The notes under the pieces are model-generated. The model saw nothing but the letters and a program-made list of their open reading frames with translations, was not told the DNA's origin and made no database searches. A stretch of 64,000 nt of DNA from Bdellovibrionota bacterium. Its GTDB lineage: Bacteria; Bdellovibrionota_C; UBA2361; OMII01. The position numbers and the translations under genes were made by a program. Location of the stretch: assembly GCA_044345405.1 (NCBI GenBank), contig JBIJBE010000005.1, positions 60,701-124,700 on the forward strand. The letters are read 5' to 3'. Below, in pieces: positions 54,114 through 62,160 of the stretch. Position 1 is the stretch's first letter. The number at the start of each line of letters is the position of its first letter.

Positions 54114-54949
54114 TGCAACATTCCTCAACAAAAAAGTTACTCTCGGTTATCTTTTGTGCATCGACGCTCACCGTAATCTTCTCTTTGGATTCGATTGCGA
54201 GCATCGCGCGTTTTTGTCGCAACGAATGGGATATCTTTCTTCTGAAGCAGGGATACGTATCCTTCCAACAGCCTGTATTCCTGAGTGTGTCACAACCCCT
54301 AGGAACCATAAAATCTCTCGACGAAAGAGAGGGCAGCCCCCGACTAAAGGAGGTTCTTACCAAGCTTGCTGAAATTTCCCCCGAGAAAGATCCTTTCGCT
54401 GGCGCCAAACGATGCGCTCTCGTAGGGAACTCCTCTCAGCTTATGGGTTCTGGACTTGGGAAAGCTATCGATTCCTTTGATACAGTAGTGAGATTCAACG
54501 AAGCACCTACCATTGGGTATGAGAGCGATGTTGGAAGCAAGACCTCTATACGTTGGACCAACTCAAGGCGAATGCCCCCCCCAGCCGAACAAAAGGTCGG
54601 CATTTCACTCATCACCACGGTATTTTTCCCTACGGACTTGTCATTGATTGAGGGCAGAATTCTCCGTGATGAATACAGCCAATTCACAACAGTTCGTATC
54701 CTCTCTCCAGAGCTAACCAGTTGGGTTACAGGGTTGGTAGGCTATGGGCCTTCATCAGGCATCATCGCCACGCTAGCTGCCGTCATAAAATGCGAGGAAG
54801 TCTCAGTATTCGGTCTCGGCCCCGGAAGAGACGGTTTGTGGTCCCATTATTTTCCGAAGGAAACACCTCTACCCTCTTACCATTCTATCGAGAACGAACA
54901 GCGCCTTTTGAACATTCTCAAGAAAGGAAAGCTAATCGAACTCTACTAG
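54113..54949 (+). CDS. GT29 sialyltransferase-like glycosyltransferase
   Basis: L motif CALVGNS...GKAIDSFDTVVRFNEAPTIGYESDVGSKTS; S motif PSSG...CEEVSVFG; motif III HYF; VS motif HSIENE; N-terminal hydrophobic anchor; TGATG overlap with the upstream gene. Confidence 0.9.
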   Translation: MQHSSTKKLLSVIFCASTLTVIFSLDSIASIARFCRNEWDIFLLKQGYVSFQQPVFLSVSQPLGTIKSLDEREGSPRLKEVLTKLAEISPEKDPFAGAKRCALVGNSSQLMGSGLGKAIDSFDTVVRFNEAPTIGYESDVGSKTSIRWTNSRRMPPPAEQKVGISLITTVFFPTDLSLIEGRILRDEYSQFTTVRILSPELTSWVTGLVGYGPSSGIIATLAAVIKCEEVSVFGLGPGRDGLWSHYFPKETPLPSYHSIENEQRLLNILKKGKLIELY

Positions 54950-55127
54950 CCAGGATTGGATATCCACACGAGGTTTAGGGCTTGACACTCCTGCCCTGTC
55001 TCACTCATATAACCTTAGAGGCTCCACAAAGGCCCGGGTGTCGGTCCACGAGCGTGCGCTTAGCCTGCGGCGCGATTTGCGTTGCGCCTCACCTTCATCT
55101 TTTATCCATATATGCGAGTAGAGTTGG

Positions 55128-55871
55128 ATGCACCCGATTTATGTAGGATACGATGCCCGAGAGCACATCGCTTTTGAAGTACTGCAAAGTTCAATCCTCA
55201 GCCACAACCCGGACTCACAGATTCTCCCACTGGAACACAGCTCTCTCAGAAAACGAGGAATTTTCAGACGCCCTTGGTTGGTTGAAAGCAACACTGGCAG
55301 AAAAATCGACCTAATCGATGGAAGACCATTCAGCACCGAGTTCAGTCATTCCCGATTCCTCGTTCCCTACCTCTGTAACTTTTCTGGATGGGCTCTGTTC
55401 ATCGACTGCGACATGTTATGTACAAGGGACATCAACTCCATATTCGATCTAACACGAGACGAATATGCCATCATGGTAGTAAAGCAGAATCACTGCCCCA
55501 CTTCCGAAACTAAAATGGACCAACAGGTGCAAAGTACGTATCCTCGAAAAAACTGGTCCAGCGTCGTACTTTGGAATTGCGCGCACGATGCTAATAAGAC
55601 GCTGAATCCGGAGTTCGTCAGTGTTGCCTCAGGCGCCAACCTCCACCAATTCACTTGGCTGCAGGATTCGGATATCGGGGATATCTCGCCCGAGTGGAAC
55701 TGGATCCAAGGAACCACGTCCGACTCTATCGAGCCCGCTCTGATTCATTACACCGAGGGCGGTCCATGGTTCGAAGGGCACGAGAAGGTCAAGTTTGGCG
55801 AACTTTGGATTCAGGAATACGCACGTTGGTTGGCTAGTGAGCAGAAGAGAATTCTGGGGCTTCTAGGATGA
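55128..55871 (+). CDS. GT-A nucleotide-sugar transferase, GT8-like/plant CDI-like
   Basis: IYVGYD.RE, STEFSHSRFLVPYL, DCD (DxD), YPRKNWSS, HYTEGGPWF. Confidence 0.85.
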   Translation: MHPIYVGYDAREHIAFEVLQSSILSHNPDSQILPLEHSSLRKRGIFRRPWLVESNTGRKIDLIDGRPFSTEFSHSRFLVPYLCNFSGWALFIDCDMLCTRDINSIFDLTRDEYAIMVVKQNHCPTSETKMDQQVQSTYPRKNWSSVVLWNCAHDANKTLNPEFVSVASGANLHQFTWLQDSDIGDISPEWNWIQGTTSDSIEPALIHYTEGGPWFEGHEKVKFGELWIQEYARWLASEQKRILGLLG

Positions 55872-56755
55872 AAGGTATGGAGTGTAGGCTTTGTGGCGCG
55901 GAGAGGTGTTCAGTGGCAAAGCGCGGAATCCGTCATGATACCTCGATTGATGTATACCGTTGTAGCGTTTGTCGCAGTGGATTCCTGTCATCTTTCGAAC
56001 ATCGGCCTACGGGCTATTATCAAAATGACCATTTTGTGACATCATCGGCTTTCAAAGGCAGGTCCATCCCTGAGCGCATTCGGCATTTTGATAGAGAAAC
56101 GCAAACTCGGTTGAGGCGGCATGAAGGCTTGACCAAAAACAAGCGAGTTTTGGATTATGGTTGTGGAACCGGCGCGTTTCTTACTGGGTTGAGCCGAGTT
56201 GCTCAGAATGTCGTCGGGATAGAGCCTCTCATTTCCTTCAAAGAGCACGTAATCTCCGCGGGAATCGAATGTTTTTCGAATGTCAGCGAATTGCCCGATC
56301 AAGCGGTTTTCGACGTTATCTTCGCTTTTCACGTTTTTGAACATCTCGAAGATCCGCTGGGGCATCTCACTGCTCTCAGCAAGCGCCTCGCTGCCGATGG
56401 GCGAATAATCATTGAGGTTCCAAACATCGATGACGCTCTTACCGGGCTCTTTACTTGCCAAGAATACGTCGACTTTATTTTTAACCCGGATCATCTCTTT
56501 TATTTTTCCCGCGAGAGCCTTTTATGGCTCGCGGAGCAGGCAAATCTTTGCGTAGATGGCGTGCGATTCGTACGAAGATATCCACTCTCAAACCACCTCG
56601 GGTGGTTGAGCAAAGGCCGTCCAAATGGAGATCTGTACTTTGGGGGGATTTTTGATTCCGAGCCTCTTACCAATTCCTACGAGGCGGCACTCGCTGCTTT
56701 AGGCGCCACGGATACGCTTCTTATTCAACTGAGGCAAAGCTCTGGCGCTCTCTAA
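55868..56755 (+). CDS. Class I SAM-dependent methyltransferase with N-terminal zinc finger
   Basis: CRLC...CSVC; VLDYGCGTG; HVFEHL.DP; EVPN; ATGA overlap with the upstream gene. Confidence 0.88.
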   Translation: MKGMECRLCGAERCSVAKRGIRHDTSIDVYRCSVCRSGFLSSFEHRPTGYYQNDHFVTSSAFKGRSIPERIRHFDRETQTRLRRHEGLTKNKRVLDYGCGTGAFLTGLSRVAQNVVGIEPLISFKEHVISAGIECFSNVSELPDQAVFDVIFAFHVFEHLEDPLGHLTALSKRLAADGRIIIEVPNIDDALTGLFTCQEYVDFIFNPDHLFYFSRESLLWLAEQANLCVDGVRFVRRYPLSNHLGWLSKGRPNGDLYFGGIFDSEPLTNSYEAALAALGATDTLLIQLRQSSGAL

Positions 56756-57021
56756 AATTCGTTGGCTTCCAAGAGAGTTGCGCGGGGACGGATCCTCCCC
56801 ATAGCCAAACTAATTCTCTTTTTCACCTTCGCCCCCCCGAATATCCACCGCATTAACCAAACTGGGAATTTAAGTCTCACAGAAGGACTCATTCGCCCCT
56901 GTGTCTGCTTCGAACAGTACGCTATAGCATAGTCGATACCCTTTCGCGCAAAGTGCTCGGTCATGGTGCCCGCTTGAGCATCCACGATGCATAGGCGCGG
57001 TAGGTTTTCATAGGAGACTCG

Positions 57022-58338
57022 ATGAATATTCCATATAAGAGCACCGTGATCGGAGTGCTATCAACCGCTCTGGCCGCAATCAGCGTGTCATCACCGGCGT
57101 TAGGAGAGGTATACGTCCCGCCCTTCTATTCAGCCGTGGCAAAGATGAAACCCGAAGGAAAGCTCGGCACCATCATCAAACGGGAGAAGATATCGACCAC
57201 CGTTCCGGGCGCCCAAGCGTGGCGAATCGCGTACATCTCGTCAGATCTTCGTGATCGCAAGACGATTTCGACCGGTATCGTCGTCGCTCCCACTGGCAAG
57301 GCACCCAAAGGAGGGCGCCCGGTTCTCTCGTGGGCTCACGGCACAACAGGCGCGGCGCAAAATTGCGGACCATCGCAAACGGAGAATCCCGCCGTGCCCC
57401 TTAATCAATACTTCATCGTCGGGGGGAACTCCTGGACGGACTACGGAATTCCGGCCATGGAGGAATTCATCAAACAGGGCTACGTTATAGTTGCTTCCGA
57501 CTATCAAGGCTTAGGGGGTGGAGGTGTTCACCACTATGCCATCAGCGCGACGCAGGGGCGTGATGTCATCAACGCGATCCGCGCAGCCGGTGCGCTCAAA
57601 GAGGTAGGCGCTGGGAAAAAAGCGCTTGTCTACGGATGGTCCCAAGGTGGTGGAGCAACCCTCGCTGCGGCCAGTGCCGGCGACTACATCAATCAAAGAG
57701 GTACCGCTTTCGATGGCATAGAGATGGTGGGGTTCGTGGCCTTAGCGCCACCCGACGTTTCGACCGCTATTCCCCATGAAGGAGTTACTGAAGCAACGGC
57801 CGAGGCTATCCTTGATGGCCTTGCGGGACCCTTCTCACACGATGTCTTCAACTTCACCCACCTCGCGATGAGCCTGTGGGCAACGCAGGCGGCATTCTCC
57901 GATAAGCTTCAGCTGAGCGACCTCTTCACAGAGGAGGGCGCGAAGGTAATAACCGAAGTTTTATCCAACAAGTGCATGCACGTCGCGGCAGATACCTTAA
58001 ACTACACCTACGGTGAGGGATTTGGTTCCCTTATGAAAAAGGACGCAAGTAACGCAAAGGCGTGGGTAGACATGATCTGGGCGGGGGCTGGAACAAAGGA
58101 TACGCCGGTTGCGCCTGTGATTATATTCTTTGGCACCAAAGACACCGCCGTTCCGCCGATTATGGGCAAGCTCTATCGAGAACGCATGTGCAAGCAGGGG
58201 GCTAACGTCGCGCGCATACAGTTAGCTGGGGAGCAGACGCACTTCAGCACACCAGGCGTAGCAAAACCTCTCTACATTCCGTGGGTAGCGGACCGATTCG
58301 CGGGCAAGCCGGCGCCTAACGGATGCTCTGAAGACTAA
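57022..58338 (+). CDS. Secretory lipase family (LIP) alpha/beta hydrolase
   Basis: Signal peptide; WAHGTTG, DYQGLG, nucleophile elbow GWSQGG, G..D..VP, C-terminal His; AGGAG SD. Confidence 0.88.
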   Translation: MNIPYKSTVIGVLSTALAAISVSSPALGEVYVPPFYSAVAKMKPEGKLGTIIKREKISTTVPGAQAWRIAYISSDLRDRKTISTGIVVAPTGKAPKGGRPVLSWAHGTTGAAQNCGPSQTENPAVPLNQYFIVGGNSWTDYGIPAMEEFIKQGYVIVASDYQGLGGGGVHHYAISATQGRDVINAIRAAGALKEVGAGKKALVYGWSQGGGATLAAASAGDYINQRGTAFDGIEMVGFVALAPPDVSTAIPHEGVTEATAEAILDGLAGPFSHDVFNFTHLAMSLWATQAAFSDKLQLSDLFTEEGAKVITEVLSNKCMHVAADTLNYTYGEGFGSLMKKDASNAKAWVDMIWAGAGTKDTPVAPVIIFFGTKDTAVPPIMGKLYRERMCKQGANVARIQLAGEQTHFSTPGVAKPLYIPWVADRFAGKPAPNGCSED

Positions 58339-58401
58339 AGAGGGCGAGCTCTCTGCATAGCACCATCCCTATGTGGAGCAGTGCGGCGCTATGCGGAGGG
58401 C

Positions 58402-58623
58402 CTCTCTGTAGCCGGGCTACTTTTTTCTCTCTGTAGCCGGGCTACTTTTCCCGCCCCGCCGCGCAACTTTTCTCTCTGTAGCCGGGCTACTTCTCTCTGT
58501 AGCCGGGCTACTTTTCTCTCTGTAGCCGGGCTTTCTCTCTGTAGCCGGGCTACTTTTTCTCTCTGTAGCCGGGCTACTTTCTCTCTGTAGCCGGGCTACT
58601 TTTCCCGCCCCGCCGCGCAACTT
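58402..58623 (+). repeat. Tandem array of 8 GTAG-tagged mini-palindromes (CTCTCT-GTAGCCGGGCTAC-Tn)
   Basis: Cores at 58408, 58433, 58478, 58499, 58522 (truncated), 58541, 58565, 58587; spacer CCCGCCCCGCCGCGCAACTT occurs twice. Confidence 0.95.
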
Positions 58624-58650
58624 CCTATCCAGCTCTCCGAACAGTCCCCC

Positions 58651-59625
58651 ATGAGCAAGGATATGAAATATCACCCTCACGGGAGCGTTTTGTTTTGCAC
58701 GCTTAGCCTTGAAGAGGGACTACTACTGTTGGCCAATCCACTATGTGAGGCGATCGTGAAGAGCTGCCTTGCAGCAGCAAAAGAGCTCTACCCCGTGCGG
58801 ATCTGCCACATGATTGTCGAGGGAAGTCACATCCACCTAGTATTGGTGGTGATAAATCCTGATGATGTGAACGCATTCTTTCGGCACTTCAAAACCGAGT
58901 CAGCACACATGATTAACGGACTCCTCGGTCGAAAAAAGCGAACGCTCTGGTGCGAGGGCTACGATAGCCCCATCGTTCTCACTCCTGAGAGAGCTTTGAT
59001 GGCGATAGCCTATCTTTATGCGAATCCAGCCAAGGATAACTTAGAAACTTCCATCGATAGGTATCCCGGGTTCTCAACTTGGAAGATGTTTCAGTCAGGA
59101 AAACTAACTCGTCAGTGGAAGCGTTTGAGACGTCCCCAGTTTACACCCATCCCAAGAGATGCCAACAACCCGCGAGGATATACAAAGCTAGCTGAAGAGC
59201 TCCTTGACGCATCCGATGAAGTGCAAACATTTACCCTTGAGCCGAACGCGTGGATAGAGTCGTTTGGATACCACTCTCAGGGAGAGCAGCAAAAACTAAA
59301 TGAGCAACTGGTCGCGCACATCAGATTGCTTGAGGACCGAGCCGAGAAGAAGAGAGTACAAGAAAAGAAGCGCGTCATGGGGAGAGAGCGTCTGCTCACC
59401 CAGGTTTTCGACACGAGCTATCGCCCTGAACGATCTGGGCGACGCACGTACTGTCTCTCACACAAGCGTAGCATTCGATTGGGATTTATCAGATTTTTTA
59501 AGGCGCTCATGCAGAAAGCGAGGGCGGTTCGGGAGAGATGGAAGTTGGGGCACGTTACAGTTCCGTATCCCCCTGGATTGTATCCACCGTCTATGCCGAA
59601 ACTCGCGAACGTGCTCGCGCGCTAG
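58651..59625 (+). mobile_element. REP-associated tyrosine transposase (RAYT/TnpA-REP; IS200-like HUH Y1 domain with long C-terminal extension)
   Basis: HUH motif HIH (GSHIHLVL), LW..GY, catalytic Y...NP (YLYANPAK), C-terminal W..G...V.YP.G; flanked by GTAG palindromes. Confidence 0.85.
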
Positions 59626-59766
59626 TTTCTCTATCCATCAGATTTTCGCGTTCTCCGATTCGCAGGGCATTCGTGTATCTCAGGCCCAGCCTCTCCCCTA
59701 TACAATGAGGTCAATCTGAAGCTGTGGTGCTACATCGCACCTGGCTGCGGGACCTTTTTGTCTGCA

Positions 59767-59869
59767 GTAGCCCCGGTACATGGAGAGCCCCGGTACATGG
59801 AGAAATTCCCAGTGCTATTCCTGGCGAGTAAATGTGATGCTGATAATTGTTCCCCTGTAGCCGGGCTAC
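59767..59869. repeat. Downstream REP-like copies flanking the RAYT gene
   Basis: Exact GTAGCCGGGCTAC at 59857-59869; variant GTAGCCCCGGTAC at 59767 overlapping a 17-bp tandem duplication (59770-59803). Confidence 0.85.
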
Positions 59870-59902
59870 TTACACAGGGAAGTGGTCACACACGGCGAAA
59901 CC

Positions 59903-60988
59903 CTAGAAATGTACCTCTCCCTTATCATACTCCTTCCACGAGTACTTCTGAATCTGCACCACGTAACAATCACCGGTATCACCAGCGGGCCGGATACCAT
60001 CGACCGTTACCGGCACCGGTGATGGCTCATTTGATTTGTGGACGGAGACAACGTGGCTAAAGTTCTGTCGTCGAATCTTACCGGAGCGATTCTGCAGTTC
60101 GACCATCATAGTAAGCCCCTGTTGCATATCCGTGCTTGGAGCGAAGCGAGTAAAATCGAACGGGAACTTGGGTCGATACCGAACCTTTGGTTCGGCAACC
60201 GCCGAGACAGAGAGATCCGTCGGATTTGCCGACTCGGGGAGCCCTTGAGAGAGTTGTAACGTAATCGCGGCACGAACTTTACCTCGCGGAGCCTCAAAGG
60301 TGGCGCTCCCTACCGCGTCAGCGGTGATCTTAACCTCCGAAAGGTTATACGGTGAAGTTTCAAGTCGCATTACGCGTGTTCCCGTTCTACCTACCGATTG
60401 GTACTTGATGATCCGGGGGCACACGTAGACCCCCCACTCCGCTTGTGGATCATTAAAAGGGGGTACGGCCACGTACATTCCGGCGTCACGCTGTCCCATG
60501 ATCATCTTTACCCGCGTTGGGTGATCCTTTCGTTTCACCTTCGCTTTAAATCCTCCCAACTCTCGGGGATCCTCTGGGTTCGAATGGACGAAAACAACAT
60601 GCGAATCCTCATAGGCGAGCTTCAAGTCAACGCTCTCTAAGAGCGCGTTCGATGAATTCTCGTTGGTAATCGAACGGGCGAGCAACTCCTCGGTCGAAGG
60701 TCGAAAGCGGAGCACCACCTCCCCGATCGAGGTGTTCACGTCCGTAGAGGTGCCCGACCACAAGCCTTCGGTATGGGCATCGATCCGTTGAGAGCCCCTT
60801 GGCGGATGCGATACAAGGGGCACGCTATTTTTGAGACTGTCGCGGAACCTATCGAGTTCATCCTGAGTCATCGCCGGAAAGGAAACTCGAGGAACATCGT
60901 CCGCGAAAACATCCACCGCCGACGATCCCCCCATTCCACCTACAAACGCGGCGAAGAAAAGAAGGTGAGAGAGAACATTTGTTCGCAT
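59903..60988 (-). CDS. Exported hypothetical protein
   Basis: 361-codon ORF with an N-terminal hydrophobic signal; no family recognised. Confidence 0.65.
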   Translation of the reverse strand: MRTNVLSHLLFFAAFVGGMGGSSAVDVFADDVPRVSFPAMTQDELDRFRDSLKNSVPLVSHPPRGSQRIDAHTEGLWSGTSTDVNTSIGEVVLRFRPSTEELLARSITNENSSNALLESVDLKLAYEDSHVVFVHSNPEDPRELGGFKAKVKRKDHPTRVKMIMGQRDAGMYVAVPPFNDPQAEWGVYVCPRIIKYQSVGRTGTRVMRLETSPYNLSEVKITADAVGSATFEAPRGKVRAAITLQLSQGLPESANPTDLSVSAVAEPKVRYRPKFPFDFTRFAPSTDMQQGLTMMVELQNRSGKIRRQNFSHVVSVHKSNEPSPVPVTVDGIRPAGDTGDCYVVQIQKYSWKEYDKGEVHF

Positions 60989-61008
60989 ATCGAGGCAACC
61001 CTACCGCG

Positions 61009-62160
61009 TCATGACGGCCGATACTGTAACTTCCTCATGCTAACCCCTTGAACGATTCCAAGTCCAAAGAGAATTGAGAGCATCGAGGAACCTCCATAAC
61101 TTACAAGGGGCAAGGGGATTCCTACAACGGGCATAAGTCCGATAACCATGCCTATATTGATGACCACGTGGGCGAATATCTGAACGGTAAATCCAAACGC
61201 GAGCAAACACGAGAAAAGGTCCCTCGTTCGGGAGGCGATCCGAAGCATCGAGACAAAGAGTCCAAAGAAGAGGCCAAGCAGGAAGAGGCAACCTACGAAC
61301 CCCCACTCCTCGGCGAGTACCGAGAATACAAAGTCAGTGGTGTGCTCCGGCAGGAACTCAAGTTGGGTCTGCGTTCCCTGTCGATAGCCTTTACCGAAAA
61401 GCTCTCCCGAGCCCACCGCGATCTTTGATTGCGTGATGTGGTATCCACTCCCCTTTGGATCAGACTCAGGATCAAGCAGAACGAGGATTCGACGTTGCTG
61501 GTAGTCATGCAACATCTCCCACGCCGGATAGGCGAGCGCGAGCACGGCGACTACTATGGCGAGCAGGGTCTTTCGTCGCACACCCACAAAGAGGATCTGC
61601 CCGACACCAACTATACCAAGGGAGAGCGCGGTCCCAAGGTCAGGCTGCTTCGCGATGATCGCCATCGGGATCGCGATGAAGAGACCGGGAACCAACAACT
61701 CCGAGAAGCGATACGACACCCCATCACGAGGTGGACGCTTCGAGAGCACTCGCGCCATCGTGACGATGAGGCCGAGCTTCATGAACTCAGAGGGCTGAAG
61801 ATTAAATCCCCCTAGATCCAACCAACGACGAGATCCGTTTACCACTACGCCGAAACCCGCCACCGCGACGAGAAGAGCGAGCGCGGCTCCGTACAGCAGG
61901 AACGAAAATCTATAGAACGTCTGTGTTGGGACCGCCATGCCGATGCCCATCACCACGAGACCGACCATTAGGTACACCGCCTGCTTCAAACACGCGGCGC
62001 TGGGGAAGTTTACATTCAGAAACCCGAACAAATTGACCGTCCCTTCAGCGTCGTATCCGGCGCTAAAGAGCACCACCAAGCCAAAGAGGGGAATAATCAC
62101 CGTGAAGGTAGCCAATCCCCAATCGAAGTGAGCGAAGGAGCGTTTATAGAGACTAGTCAC
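61009..62160 (-). CDS. rodA: Rod shape-determining SEDS glycosyltransferase RodA
   Basis: GSRRW, QPSEFMK, QPDLGT, LPEHTTDF, PLVSYGGSS; follows PBP2. Confidence 0.96.
   Translation of the reverse strand: MTSLYKRSFAHFDWGLATFTVIIPLFGLVVLFSAGYDAEGTVNLFGFLNVNFPSAACLKQAVYLMVGLVVMGIGMAVPTQTFYRFSFLLYGAALALLVAVAGFGVVVNGSRRWLDLGGFNLQPSEFMKLGLIVTMARVLSKRPPRDGVSYRFSELLVPGLFIAIPMAIIAKQPDLGTALSLGIVGVGQILFVGVRRKTLLAIVVAVLALAYPAWEMLHDYQQRRILVLLDPESDPKGSGYHITQSKIAVGSGELFGKGYRQGTQTQLEFLPEHTTDFVFSVLAEEWGFVGCLFLLGLFFGLFVSMLRIASRTRDLFSCLLAFGFTVQIFAHVVINIGMVIGLMPVVGIPLPLVSYGGSSMLSILFGLGIVQGVSMRKLQYRPS

Noticed and set aside
54982-55013. Sigma70 promoter TTGACA...TATAAC before the CDI-like gene
   Set aside because: Spacing is 20 bp, outside the normal 16-18 bp range.
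58402-58623. CRISPR array
   Set aside because: Repeat core is only 13-19 nt, spacers are T tracts or a duplicated 20-mer rather than unique 25-45 nt sequences, and no cas gene is present.
58381-58680. Short ORFs with SLCSRATF or SSPATER repeats
   Set aside because: Simply translations of the DNA repeat array.
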